Shown here in pieces: positions 26,146-36,294 of a DNA stretch of 64,000 nucleotides (position 1 is the first letter of the stretch; every line of letters begins with the position of its first letter). Both the position numbers and the translations under genes were made by a program. Under the pieces are notes generated by a model that was not told the DNA's origin, did no database searches, and was given only the letters and a program-made list of their open reading frames with translations. The DNA comes from Dehalococcoidia bacterium (GTDB lineage: Bacteria > Chloroflexota > Dehalococcoidia > Lucifugimonadales > Lucifugimonadaceae), in NCBI GenBank assembly GCA_965205325.1, contig OZ242166.1, forward strand, positions 2,018,107-2,082,106, written 5' to 3'.

Positions 26146-27102
26146 TTAGTCGGGGAAGAGTGCCCCGACAGATCTGCCGTTGTGGATACGATCTATGGCT
26201 TCGCCAATAAGTGGCGCGATAGAGAGCACTTTGATTTTGTTGTGCTGTTTCTCTGGGGGCAATGGTACTGTGTCGGTGATGACGACCTCTGAGATTTCAG
26301 GCATTTCGGCAAGATTGTGTGCGGCGTCTCCGGGAAAAACTCCGTGAGCGGCGGCGACAAATACCTCCTGTGCGCCGTTCTCTCGCAAACCGATTGCGGC
26401 GGCGGCCATTGTTCCGCCGGTGGCGATCTCATCGTCGACCAATATCGCGGTGCGGTCTTCCACATCGCCGATGACGTTGAGTACTGAGACAGAATCGTCG
26501 TTGCCGGTGCGTCGCTTCTCAACTATCGCTAATGGGGCATCCATGAAGAGTGCAAAGTCCCGGGCGCGCTTAGAACTGCCCTCATCAGGAGATACGACGA
26601 CCGGGGCTTTAAGTTCTTTCTCTTTGTAGTATTTCGAGAGCATTGGCATGGCGGTCAACTCGTCGACGGGGACTTTGAAAAAGCCTTGGACTTGGCCGGC
26701 GTGGAGGTCTACGGTCAGGAAGCGGTCGGCACCTGCGGTTTCGAGGAGATCGGCAATTAGGCGACCGGTGATTGGGACGCGGGGTTGGTCCTTTTTGTCG
26801 GTTCGTGCGTAGCTGTAGTAAGGGACTACTGCGGTGATGCGTCCAGCGGAGGCACGGTGAGCGGCGTCGATCATGATCAGCATCTCCATGATGTGATCGT
26901 TGACCGGTTCGACGGTGGGCTGGACGACGAATACGTCGCGTGCTCGGATGTTCTCTAAGATGCGGACGAAGGTGTTGTCGTTGGAGAACTTGAATACGTC
27001 GGCTTTTCCAATGGCGATGCCCAGGTATTCGCAGATTTTCACGGACAGTCCGACGTGGGCCCTGCCGGAAAGGACTACAGGTCCTCCGTTAATGGGGTGC
27101 AT
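26146..27102 (-). CDS. prs: Ribose-phosphate pyrophosphokinase
   Basis: 318-aa ORF with DLHAGQVQGFF, the PRPP loop ILVDDEIATGGT and YYSYARTDKK. Confidence 0.92.
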   Translation of the reverse strand: MHPINGGPVVLSGRAHVGLSVKICEYLGIAIGKADVFKFSNDNTFVRILENIRARDVFVVQPTVEPVNDHIMEMLIMIDAAHRASAGRITAVVPYYSYARTDKKDQPRVPITGRLIADLLETAGADRFLTVDLHAGQVQGFFKVPVDELTAMPMLSKYYKEKELKAPVVVSPDEGSSKRARDFALFMDAPLAIVEKRRTGNDDSVSVLNVIGDVEDRTAILVDDEIATGGTMAAAAIGLRENGAQEVFVAAAHGVFPGDAAHNLAEMPEISEVVITDTVPLPPEKQHNKIKVLSIAPLIGEAIDRIHNGRSVGALFPD

Positions 27103-27176
27103 GGGGTAAGAAACTGGGTTGCTGGGGTTGAGGCGCCAAGTTTCGATTCTAGCACCCGATTCGGACGCCTCTTAGC

Positions 27177-27530
27177 CTAAGTTTTGAGTTGGGCGTATGC
27201 GTTGCGATCAAAGCCGATTATGGGGTCGGCATTCTGGGAAATGATGATGGGGCGTCGGATCAAGCGCGGTTCTTCGAGCATCGCGTTGACTAGTTCGGAT
27301 TCGGTCATCGAGACGCGGCGTTCGCGGTAGGGTTTTGCGCTGGGACTGCGCCAAGAGAAGAGGTTGTCGATGCCGACGATCGCGACGAGGGCTTCAAGCT
27401 CATCTCGGGACATGGGATCGGCGAAGAAGTCTCGCTCTTCGACTTCGACGCCGACCGCGTCAAGCGCTTTTTGGGCGTCACGGCAGGTTGAGCAGTTTCG
27501 CCATGTGTAGAAGCGTCGGTCTGTGGTCAT
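27177..27530 (-). CDS. ArsC/Spx/YffB-family thioredoxin-fold protein
   Basis: 117-aa ORF with N-terminal Cys region FYTWRNCSTCRDAQKAL, and LIRRPII near the C-terminus. Confidence 0.8.
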   Translation of the reverse strand: MTTDRRFYTWRNCSTCRDAQKALDAVGVEVEERDFFADPMSRDELEALVAIVGIDNLFSWRSPSAKPYRERRVSMTESELVNAMLEEPRLIRRPIIISQNADPIIGFDRNAYAQLKT

Positions 27531-27616
27531 TTTTCGTCGCCTTTCGTCGTTCTGACAACCATCTAAGGTTGGGTTTCGTATTGTTTGTCGGTAATAAGGA
27601 AAACTAATGTAAATTC

Positions 27617-29053
27617 ATGGCAGGTGCCGATTTCTCGGCATTACCTACATTCCTGTATCGACCCGTTGGGGAGTTAATGGCTTCGACTCGTTTGGCAATT
27701 GATACTGCTGTCGCGCTCACCCGAAATGCTAATCCTGTGGCGCGGTTTCGGCGCGGTTCGCAGAGTTTATTCAACATCAGCGTCTACACGTTCGGGATGT
27801 CGGGGGTTTGGGTTGCATTTGGGAGTATTTTGCTGCAGTACAAGGTGACTGAGATTGCGGCGAATGATCCGGTCAGGATGTTGGGCTGGACGCTGGACAA
27901 GACGAGTATGGCCGCGGCTGTCTCGCTGTTTGGGTTGGTGATTGCGGCTGTAGTCCAGCCTTTGGTTGGATTTCTGAGCGATCGGAATGTCAAGATCGTT
28001 GCGTTGAAGCGATACCCCTTTATCGTTTTTGGACTTTTGGGATTCGCGGTATCGACTCTGATGTTCGGGTTTGTGAACAGCTTCGTGGCTTTGTTGCTCG
28101 TCACTGCTGCAATGCAGATTTTCGGCAACACGGCGCAGGGGCCAGCCAACGCGTTGATCATCGACCACGTTGACGATAGCGAGCGAGGTAGAGCATCTGG
28201 GTATTTGAATCTGATGCGGTTGCTGGGATCGGGATTCGTGGCTATGGTCGTGGTCTTCTTGATGTCGAACTACCACGTCGATCATGCGCCGCAGTGGATG
28301 TGGTATTCGGTGATCGTGATGGTTGCGGCGCTGATGGGGACGACGGTGTACACGTTCTTAGCTTTGCGCGTGCCGGTCTCACGTTCGCACAGTGATGTCG
28401 AGGTTGAATTGACTGCCGACGCCGTCGCGGAAGTTGAGGCCTTGGACGACCATTGGAGCCGCGCACGTTACCTGTTCTTCTTGTCGGCGATGGCGTTGTT
28501 GATCGCGGCGATGTCAGCAGTACAGACCAACGCGGTGTTTTTTGTGCAAGACGTGATCGGATTGGAGAACCCTGCGCGAGGTGGAAACTACATTTTGGCC
28601 GCGCTTGTGGGTGCTGCCGCGTTGGTCGTTTATCCCGCTGGCAAGCTTTCGGACCACATCGGTCGAGGCGCGTTGCTGTTGATTTCGGGGATCCTTGGGG
28701 CGGGTGGCATCCTATCAGTGCTTTTGATTGACGCTCATTCGCTGATCGAGGTGATACCGGGTGTGATGGCGATTGGCTTTTGTGTAGGCATCTATCTGTC
28801 CGTGGGTTGGGCGGTCGCGAATGACTTGGTCAGGCGATCCAGCGCGGCGCGCGACTTGAGTCTGACGAGTCTTTCGGGTTTGGCGGGAGCTATTGTGGGG
28901 CGTTCGAGCGGGTTTTTCATCGGGGGGTTGAATGATGTTGGACTGGATATCGGAATTGAGCATCTCGGTTACGCGGTAGTTCTGGGGTCTTCGAGTCTGG
29001 CGTTTCTGATATCTGGGATCGGTTTCTGGTTGGTTGTGAAAGATCGCCGATAA
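27617..29053 (+). CDS. MFS-type transporter
   Basis: 478-aa ORF with about 12 hydrophobic segments and an MFS loop motif (GFLSDR). Confidence 0.8.
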   Translation: MAGADFSALPTFLYRPVGELMASTRLAIDTAVALTRNANPVARFRRGSQSLFNISVYTFGMSGVWVAFGSILLQYKVTEIAANDPVRMLGWTLDKTSMAAAVSLFGLVIAAVVQPLVGFLSDRNVKIVALKRYPFIVFGLLGFAVSTLMFGFVNSFVALLLVTAAMQIFGNTAQGPANALIIDHVDDSERGRASGYLNLMRLLGSGFVAMVVVFLMSNYHVDHAPQWMWYSVIVMVAALMGTTVYTFLALRVPVSRSHSDVEVELTADAVAEVEALDDHWSRARYLFFLSAMALLIAAMSAVQTNAVFFVQDVIGLENPARGGNYILAALVGAAALVVYPAGKLSDHIGRGALLLISGILGAGGILSVLLIDAHSLIEVIPGVMAIGFCVGIYLSVGWAVANDLVRRSSAARDLSLTSLSGLAGAIVGRSSGFFIGGLNDVGLDIGIEHLGYAVVLGSSSLAFLISGIGFWLVVKDRR

Positions 29054-29089
29054 CGTGGCGGCGCGTGGAGTCCTGTACCATCAGGAGAC

Positions 29090-30079
29090 ATGACCACTGT
29101 GCGTAAATCGGGTTTGTCGGATCGATCGGGACGAACGATATCGATAGCGAGCCCACGCGGGTTCTGTGCTGGTGTCGATTTAGCTATCGGGATAGTCGAG
29201 TTGGCTATAAAACGGTACGGCTCGCCGGTTTACGTCAAACATCAGATCGTGCATAACCCTCAGGTCGTTGCCGATGTTGAGGCGATCGGGGCGATCACGG
29301 TGGAAGAGGTTGAGGAGGTTCCTAAAGGGTCGGTGGTGGTGTTTTCGGCGCATGGTTCGCCGCCTTCGGACTACGAGAAGGCGAAAGCGTTGAATTTGAC
29401 GGTGTTGGACGCGACGTGCCCGTTGGTGACGAAGGTTCATCATGAGGCGAAGAAGTACTCGAGCGAGGGGAAGCGCGTGATATTAGTTGGGCACCGGGGC
29501 CATCAAGAGGTAATCGGAACGACTGGTCAGGCGGACATGGCGTTGTATGACGAGAGGGAGGACAACGATCTGCCTGATTGGGATGATGACTCCGAGGTTG
29601 TCGTATTGACACAGACGACTTTGTCGGTGGCTGATACCGCGGAGGCGGTCGAAAAGATCAAGTCGAAGTTCGATCAGTCACTGATCCGCAACGACATCTG
29701 CTATGCGACAACAAATCGGCAGGCGGCGGCTCAAGAGTTGGCTCGGGATTCGGACGTAGTTCTTGTGATAGGTGCTGAGAACAGTTCGAACTGCAATCGA
29801 CTGCGCGAGGTGGTGATTAAGGAAGGGGTGGACGCGTATCTGATTAATGGTCCGGAAGAGTTGGATCCTGCGTGGTTGGAAGGCAAGGAACGCATCGGGA
29901 TTACATCGGGGGCGTCTACTCCAGAGAAGATTGTTCGTGCTGTGGTAGACGCGATTGAGCACGACGAGTTGATCGAAGTGGGATCAGGCGAGGAGAACAT
30001 CACCTTCAAGTTACCGTCGCGGCTTCGAGAGACTGCTGAAGAAGCTGGTTATATCTACGATGGTTCGATGCTGGAGTGA
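29090..30079 (+). CDS. ispH: 4-hydroxy-3-methylbut-2-enyl diphosphate reductase
   Basis: 329-aa ORF with ASPRGFCAGVDLAI, VFSAHGSPP, DATCPLVTKVH and GITSGASTPE. Confidence 0.92.
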   Translation: MTTVRKSGLSDRSGRTISIASPRGFCAGVDLAIGIVELAIKRYGSPVYVKHQIVHNPQVVADVEAIGAITVEEVEEVPKGSVVVFSAHGSPPSDYEKAKALNLTVLDATCPLVTKVHHEAKKYSSEGKRVILVGHRGHQEVIGTTGQADMALYDEREDNDLPDWDDDSEVVVLTQTTLSVADTAEAVEKIKSKFDQSLIRNDICYATTNRQAAAQELARDSDVVLVIGAENSSNCNRLREVVIKEGVDAYLINGPEELDPAWLEGKERIGITSGASTPEKIVRAVVDAIEHDELIEVGSGEENITFKLPSRLRETAEEAGYIYDGSMLE

Positions 30080-31065
30080 GAGCGGTCGGGTTGCGGGTTG
30101 TTGTCGTATTTGTTGCAGGGTTGAGTGGGGTGATCGTGGCGGCATGTTCTAGCGGTGAGATTGCTACTGTACCGTTGGCCGAACCTACGTCTGTCCCCAC
30201 CTCGACGCCTACTAGTCAGCCTGCCCCCTTGGTAGTAGGTCCATCGTTAACGCGTACTGCAACGCCGACTGCGACTGCGGTTCGGTTGGTGTCTACTTCC
30301 ACTCCTACGGTGGTAACCGCGACAGCAACTGTTTCGTCAACAATTATGCCGACTGAACCGGCTATGCCGACTTCGACACTGGCTCCGACTGCCACGGTCG
30401 AACCGTCCCCTACAGCAAAACCGACTCAGTTGCCTACTCCAACGGTCGGGGCGACAGTTCTGCCCTCCCCAACGGATACCGCTACTCCAACGGCTACGGC
30501 TACGGTTATAGCGTCTGCGACCGCGACGATTACTTCGACGCCAACCGCTACTATCGCGCTGTCTGCGACGCCAAATCCTTTGGATTTGATCGTTTTCGTC
30601 GACAACGAGGATTGTCACGAGGGGATTAGCCGCGAGTTGTTGCCTGCGGTCCCGATGGGGGTGCGGATCGGGGAGAGGACGACCCCGTTGGTTGTTGAGG
30701 TGGCAGATGATTCTGGCGAACGGCAGCAGGGATTGATGTGTCGGGAGACGGTGCCTCACCGGACTGGGATGTTGTTTGTTTTCGAAGCACCAAGGGTGTT
30801 GAGCTTTTGGATGTTCAACACATACGCGCCGTTGGACATCGTTTACTTGGATGATTCGCGTGGGGTCGTGAAGTCGTTGCGGATGGAGCCGTGCCCTCGT
30901 CCGGATGGTTACGAACGCGGCGAGTGGCGCAGTCATTGTTCTTCGGCTGCCAGCGGTTATGGTTCCGGCGATGCTGCGCGATATGCTCTTGAATTGCCGG
31001 CCGGATGGTTGGCGAGTCTTGGATTAGATCTGAGCAATCTCGAAGGAGTTGAGTTCAGTTGGTGA
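30076..31065 (+). CDS. DUF192-domain lipoprotein with long Thr/Pro/Ala-rich tether
   Basis: GTG start overlaps the ispH TGA. Lipobox VAAC|S. About 150 aa of low-complexity PT-rich linker. Then DUF192 strings RQQGLMCRE, GMLFVF, FWMFNTYAPLDIVYLD. Confidence 0.8.
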   Translation: MRAVGLRVVVVFVAGLSGVIVAACSSGEIATVPLAEPTSVPTSTPTSQPAPLVVGPSLTRTATPTATAVRLVSTSTPTVVTATATVSSTIMPTEPAMPTSTLAPTATVEPSPTAKPTQLPTPTVGATVLPSPTDTATPTATATVIASATATITSTPTATIALSATPNPLDLIVFVDNEDCHEGISRELLPAVPMGVRIGERTTPLVVEVADDSGERQQGLMCRETVPHRTGMLFVFEAPRVLSFWMFNTYAPLDIVYLDDSRGVVKSLRMEPCPRPDGYERGEWRSHCSSAASGYGSGDAARYALELPAGWLASLGLDLSNLEGVEFSW

Positions 31066-33080
31066 ACGGTTCGATGAGACGTATGGAACGCGGGCGTGCG
31101 CTCGTGGTGGTGACGGATGGTCTGGGGTTCGATCCGGATAAGGTCAGGGATCTTTCTGGTCGGGTGATCGGGGAGTTGAGTCCAAGGACTCGACGAGCGC
31201 TGTTGGATGCCGCGCTTGAGGTGGCACCGCAGAGTTACATGCCTCTTGATTTGGCAAAGCTTGCGGTGATGCCGATTACGGCGGAGGGGGTTAGTCCGGG
31301 GTTGACTTGGCGCGAAGCCATCGAAGTGTTGGACATGATGGATGCGATACGGGACCGGTTGAGGGAGCAGAGGTTGTTGGCGGAGATCGGGTCGTTGCGA
31401 CGGCGGATCGCTTTGGAGCACCGGTATATCCCTTGGTTCGCGGAGGATCCGGCGTGGTCGGAGATCGTCAATCGGAACTTGACCGTGCCGACTAACGCGT
31501 CAGGGGTTTGGGTCGGATACGAGGATGTCGATCCTCCGGTGCAGGGGAATTCGGAGACGGGTCACCAGCAGATCGGAAATCTGGCATTAGCGCCGCAGAT
31601 TCCACTACAGATTTCGCAATCGATAGTGGATGGCTCTTTCTACAAGAACGAGCATTTGGTTTCGACGATCGAGGAGGCGGTGAATGCGGGTAACAACGTG
31701 AATTTCTGCTTCTTGCTATCGGGGATCAGGGGATCGGATGGTCGGGTGCATTCGGCATGGAATCATCTCGAGGCGTTTTTCGAACTGGTTTTTGAACGTA
31801 TCGGTGTGTCGCCGGATCGGGTGCGGATGCAGGCGATATTGGATGGGCGGGATGCCCCAGCGCGAGGTTCGATGGAGCTTGAGGGTGTTGATGGAGGATA
31901 TCTCGGCGAATTGGAGCGGCTGTTGAAGCGGTACGACGCAGTCAATTCGCTTGCTTGGGTGATCGGCCGTGGTCTGGCGATGGATAGGGACTATCGGGAG
32001 GAGAACGCGATCTACGACTATGCCCAACTGACGGAAGGAGCGGGGTTCCACGTTTGGGGTTTTGATGGTGTACGCGAGGTTGTGTCTGAGTACCACGAAG
32101 ACGGACAGACGGACGCCGACGTGGAAGCGATATCTCTGATTGGGGAACAGGGTGTAGCGAGGATTGCTCCGGGGGATGCGTTCATCAACTTGAACTTCAG
32201 ATCGGACCGGCAACGTTCGAAGACTGCTTCGCTGTGCGGTGCACGTGACTATCTGGACAAGGAAGCGAAATCTCGCGGCAGGGAATGGGGATTCGGGTGG
32301 TTAAGGGATGACCTCAACCTCAAGATCTGCACGATGGCTGAGTACGATGCTGAGTTCGAGGGGAAATACGGGGTGAAGGTGGCTTTTCCGATCACTCCTC
32401 ACCGTTTGAACCTCTTGAGCCACTGGGACAAGTTGACGGGTGAGGAAGATCTGTATCTGCTGGTTGCAGAGAGTGTCAAGGCATCGCACATGGGGTATTT
32501 CGTGCGTGGCAGGCGCGAAGCGGAGCAAGGTTCTGAGAGGGAGGACAGATGGGTGGTGCCGTCGGATGGGATGGCAGAGGGGGTGCACTCGGATTCGGAT
32601 TTCTACATCCGGCCGGTGATGAAAACGCGTGAGATCGCGCAGCTCGTTTCAGAGGCGATGGGGAGGGGCGAGCACCGATTGATCATGTGTAATTTGGCGG
32701 CTACGGATATGGTGGGGCATCTGTTGCCAGCGCGATTCCAAGCGTCGGCGGAGGCTTATCGGGCAACGGTGGCGGCTTTGGCGGAATTGAGTGGTGTCGC
32801 TCGAGCGAGCGGGTACTCGATGGTGGTGACGTCGGATCACGGGAATATCGAGAACGATGCCCCGACGCATACGATCAATCCGGTGTTGACGACGGTTTTG
32901 CCGGCGGCGGGTAGCGTCATGCCGCGGGACATGGAGGGGGAGTATTCGGCGAATCTCTATGATGTTTCGCACACCGCGGCGCGGTTGATTGGGGTCGATG
33001 GCAATCAGATAGAGGAGATTGTGGAGGTGTTTAGGGCAGGGTTGGGGGATGAGTTTGTGGGGAGGAGTGTTGTTGGCTAG
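31059..33080 (+). CDS. Divergent, elongated 2,3-bisphosphoglycerate-independent phosphoglycerate mutase-like metalloenzyme (alkaline-phosphatase superfamily)
   Basis: 673-aa ORF whose GTG start overlaps the preceding stop. iPGM-like strings VVVTDGLGF, GNSETGHQQIG (phospho-Ser region), NLAATDMVGHL and VVTSDHGNIE. About 150 aa longer than typical iPGM. Confidence 0.7.
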   Translation: MVNGSMRRMERGRALVVVTDGLGFDPDKVRDLSGRVIGELSPRTRRALLDAALEVAPQSYMPLDLAKLAVMPITAEGVSPGLTWREAIEVLDMMDAIRDRLREQRLLAEIGSLRRRIALEHRYIPWFAEDPAWSEIVNRNLTVPTNASGVWVGYEDVDPPVQGNSETGHQQIGNLALAPQIPLQISQSIVDGSFYKNEHLVSTIEEAVNAGNNVNFCFLLSGIRGSDGRVHSAWNHLEAFFELVFERIGVSPDRVRMQAILDGRDAPARGSMELEGVDGGYLGELERLLKRYDAVNSLAWVIGRGLAMDRDYREENAIYDYAQLTEGAGFHVWGFDGVREVVSEYHEDGQTDADVEAISLIGEQGVARIAPGDAFINLNFRSDRQRSKTASLCGARDYLDKEAKSRGREWGFGWLRDDLNLKICTMAEYDAEFEGKYGVKVAFPITPHRLNLLSHWDKLTGEEDLYLLVAESVKASHMGYFVRGRREAEQGSEREDRWVVPSDGMAEGVHSDSDFYIRPVMKTREIAQLVSEAMGRGEHRLIMCNLAATDMVGHLLPARFQASAEAYRATVAALAELSGVARASGYSMVVTSDHGNIENDAPTHTINPVLTTVLPAAGSVMPRDMEGEYSANLYDVSHTAARLIGVDGNQIEEIVEVFRAGLGDEFVGRSVVG

Positions 33081-33135
33081 GCTGTCTGAACCGTTGAATA
33101 GTGTGATTCTTGGGATGGAGGAATTTACCGGGTAG

Positions 33136-33224
33136 GCCCCATTTGTCCTTCGGACATTTCCCCCCGTGAACGTGGGAAACCCTGCTGCCGCCCCTCTGGA
33201 TTCCGGATTTCGCCGGAATGACAG
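33136..33224 (+). repeat. Composite B-A repeat in a convergent intergenic spacer
   Basis: B copy 33136..33182, slightly decayed second stem. A copy 33191..33224, loop attt instead of cttt. Confidence 0.85.
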
Positions 33225-33231
33225 TGTTGAC

Positions 33232-34014
33232 TTACCAAGCGGTTTCACCGCCATCTATTACTAGTTCGGTGCCGGTGACCCAGGCGGATTCGTCGGAGGC
33301 TAGGTAGAGGCATCCGTAGGCGATGTCGTCGGGTAGTCCTAGGCGGCCCATCGGGGTCATGCCCTCGCGGTAGTCGCGGATCTCTTTGATGCCGTGGATG
33401 TCGGTGGTCATCGGGGTGTCGGTGAAGCCGGGGCATACGGCGTTAACGCGGATGTTGTCGGGTCCGTATTGGACGGCTGCGGCTTTGGAGAAGACTAGGG
33501 CGGCACCTTTTGAGGCGTGGTAGGGTGCGCCGGCTCTGGATCCGACGATGCCGAATATCGAGGAGACGTTGATGACGGATCCGCCGCCGACCTTTTTCAT
33601 GGCTTTGATGCCGGCGCGGGTGCCGAGCATTATGGCGGTGGAGTTGACGGCGAATACGTCGTTCCAGTCGTCGAGGACGACATCTTCCACGACGGTTCTG
33701 CCTTTGGCTCCTGACATTCCGGCGTTGTTGACAACGATGTCGAGTCGTCCCCATTTGGATTCGGCGATTTCGACGGCCTCGTCCCAGGCGGCTTCTTGGG
33801 TGACGTCGTGGTTGAAGAAGACGGCGTCGGGTGTGAGTTCGGCTTCAAGGGCGTTGCCTTTAGTCGCGTCGATGTCGGAGATGATGACTTTTGCGCCTTC
33901 GCGGACGAAGATGCGGGAGCAGGCCTCGCCGATGCCGGATGCGCCGCCGGTTACGATGGCTACTTTGTTTTGGAGTCTGGGAGTGGGCATTGAGGAAGGA
34001 CCTTTTGGATTCAT
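33232..34014 (-). CDS. Short-chain dehydrogenase/reductase (SDR)
   Basis: 260-aa ORF with VAIVTGGASGIGEA, NNAG and YHASKGAA. Confidence 0.9.
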   Translation of the reverse strand: MNPKGPSSMPTPRLQNKVAIVTGGASGIGEACSRIFVREGAKVIISDIDATKGNALEAELTPDAVFFNHDVTQEAAWDEAVEIAESKWGRLDIVVNNAGMSGAKGRTVVEDVVLDDWNDVFAVNSTAIMLGTRAGIKAMKKVGGGSVINVSSIFGIVGSRAGAPYHASKGAALVFSKAAAVQYGPDNIRVNAVCPGFTDTPMTTDIHGIKEIRDYREGMTPMGRLGLPDDIAYGCLYLASDESAWVTGTELVIDGGETAW

Positions 34015-34331
34015 TGGTTTTGGCTAGGAGCGATTGTAATGGTAGGGGGTTGTCTGAACTGGGATTGTTTGGATTGGTGGGATTCTTGGGATTCGGGGTT
34101 GATTGTTGTGGTGTTTCTTTGATGTGGGTGTGTGCCCTCTGCGAGCGGTACTTCGCTTGCGATTTACACCGATTGAGAGACCATGTAAAGTAGGGATGCC
34201 ACAGTAATTCTCAGTTCTAATGGTTCACTGCAACCGTAGCGAGATGGGGCGCATCACGCCCCCTAGTGCACCTTAGCGCGACGGGAATACTGTGGCAAGT
34301 TACATTTCCAACGGTCGCAAGGGGCTTCCAA

Positions 34332-34688
34332 GTGCCACATCACCGTCTCTGGTTCGCGTCTTCGCTGACCATCTCAATAATCGCGTCTCTGTTCGCGTGC
34401 AGTTCAGACCCTGTGTCTCTGTCCAATCCTGACGCCCCGGCCCGAACTGGTTGCAGACACTTTGCCAACACGTTTAACGACCATCGCAACGGACTGCTGA
34501 CTCCATCCGAAGCAGTGACGAAATACCGAGAGGTATACGACGACTTAAAACTCTCGGAAGTGCCTGAACTTGGCGACAAGGCGATGGAACTCAGCCGGCA
34601 AATGGCGCAAAACCCATCTATGAGCGCGGGCAATAGTTGGACTTACCGACTAGTCGAAGACTGCGCCGAAGTTATCAAGAACTCATGA
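34332..34688 (+). CDS. Small putative lipoprotein
   Basis: ORF 34266..34688. GTG 34332 follows AAGGGG. Lipobox-like SLFAC|SS. No family recognised. Confidence 0.5.
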   Translation: MPHHRLWFASSLTISIIASLFACSSDPVSLSNPDAPARTGCRHFANTFNDHRNGLLTPSEAVTKYREVYDDLKLSEVPELGDKAMELSRQMAQNPSMSAGNSWTYRLVEDCAEVIKNS

Positions 34689-35638
34689 TCACGAAAATCG
34701 CAACCATCATCGTCGCGAGCGCATTATTTGCACTCGTAATCGCTTGCGGATCGGTGACCGAACCGACCGAGACCGTTCAAGTACAACCGACGAGCACCGC
34801 AACGACAATCTTGCCCACAAACATTCCTGAACCCACAAGCACACCAGAACCGACATCTACTCTTGTTTCGGCGAATCCCAGCAGCGCTCCAGGCGTGCCT
34901 ACGGAGGCGGAACTCTGGGATTTATGGTTCGAAGTGTCGGAACTGCTAGGCGAGACTCGGATATGTGACTCCTACTCCCTAGACGCAGAGTTGGAACCCC
35001 TGTGGCTCGAAGATATAGTCCCATCGATGATTAAGAGAACGTTGGGCGACGAATATTCGTTGCCGACAGAATTCCAGATGACCGAGGACGGCTACCACGA
35101 AGCGTATCCCAGGAACTGCGCTTACACTTCCGAATCTGAATTGTGGGACGTTATCCTCTACATCGCGGATGACGATGACAGGGCAGACGTTTTTGAAACT
35201 TGCGCCAGATATCACGTCTTCACCTACGATGCTGAAGAGAAATCGAAGGTCGCTTCATCGGAAGAGATGCTGGCTTGGCTTGACGGATGGTCGGAGTGGC
35301 TCAAGAGCGCCGTGCGGGACGCGTATCTGCTCTCCGACTTCACATTGACGTTCGAAGGTTACAAATCTGCCATGAGCAAGCATTGTCCTGGAGTCAAATA
35401 TCCGATCAGGTCTGAACTGGAAGCGTGGGAGATCATCATCGGTCCAAACTCTCCGTTGAAAGAGTTTCACGAGTGGTACTGCATCGATAACCGCTTGGAG
35501 ACAGGCGAGATTGAATCGCCATCTCAAAAAGGTAGAGATTTGCTTAACAGCAACCTAAGTGCAGTCATCGATTTTGGGGATATAACTCTCACAGCCGGAG
35601 GCTTCCAAGAAGCGGCGAAACTCTACTGTGACAAGTAG
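34685..35638 (+). CDS. Putative lipoprotein with three Cys-paired internal repeats
   Basis: ORF 34637..35638. ATG 34685 overlaps the previous stop (ATGA). Signal plus lipobox LVIAC|GS, then a PT-rich linker. Three units each start (A/S)ELW(D/E) or SELEAWE, and end TEDGYHEAYPRNC / TFEGYKSAMSKHC / TAGGFQEAAKLYC. Confidence 0.6.
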   Translation: MITKIATIIVASALFALVIACGSVTEPTETVQVQPTSTATTILPTNIPEPTSTPEPTSTLVSANPSSAPGVPTEAELWDLWFEVSELLGETRICDSYSLDAELEPLWLEDIVPSMIKRTLGDEYSLPTEFQMTEDGYHEAYPRNCAYTSESELWDVILYIADDDDRADVFETCARYHVFTYDAEEKSKVASSEEMLAWLDGWSEWLKSAVRDAYLLSDFTLTFEGYKSAMSKHCPGVKYPIRSELEAWEIIIGPNSPLKEFHEWYCIDNRLETGEIESPSQKGRDLLNSNLSAVIDFGDITLTAGGFQEAAKLYCDK

Positions 35639-35685
35639 ACGGAAAGCTTTGCTATTGATGCTTATCGTTTATATCCTCATGATCC

Positions 35686-36294
35686 ATGTGGGAATGGCTT
35701 AGTCGTAGCAAAACACTTATCGGTATCGTCGCTGCCGGGCTTACGGTGTTGATCCGTTGGGATGAAGCATACAAACTGCTCGAAGACAACATAGAGAGCG
35801 TCAATTCGTTCTTAGGCGTAGTAGCGGTTCCGATTGGTTCGGCTTTCATTATAGGAGGTGGGACTGGGATGCTCGCTAGTTTCGTGTTGTGGCGCCAGAA
35901 GAAAGGCCGTGAGAGCTTAGCGGAGGCACGCACCGAGTTCGCTCAGCCAGAATTCAAAAGATGCGTTATAAGGTGCCATGGATTGTTGGTGGACCGACTT
36001 GATGGCAAGGTCGTTTACGAAGAATTAACAGCTGAACTCAACGCCTTGTGCGGCACGTTGGACCGACTCAAAATCCCGTATCCGATAGTTGCGATCGAAC
36101 TCGATAAAACGACTGATGACTGGAGATTGTTCACGTACCACCTACTGCCTTTGATCGAGCGTGGCGAAATCGAAACAGCACGTGAACTACGTGGAGACCC
36201 CATCGTACATCCGTCGAAACGTTTAATTGGTTTTTCCATCAAAAACCTCTCTGTCCAGGTATATTTCGATCGGAGTCAACAGAAAGATTTTTGA
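35686..36294 (+). CDS. Hypothetical membrane protein (2 predicted TM segments)
   Basis: 202-aa ORF with hydrophobic stretches LIGIVAAGLTVLI and VVAVPIGSAFIIGGGTGMLASFVLW. Its 3' end overlaps the convergent enolase-family gene by 56 nt. Confidence 0.5.
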   Translation: MWEWLSRSKTLIGIVAAGLTVLIRWDEAYKLLEDNIESVNSFLGVVAVPIGSAFIIGGGTGMLASFVLWRQKKGRESLAEARTEFAQPEFKRCVIRCHGLLVDRLDGKVVYEELTAELNALCGTLDRLKIPYPIVAIELDKTTDDWRLFTYHLLPLIERGEIETARELRGDPIVHPSKRLIGFSIKNLSVQVYFDRSQQKDF

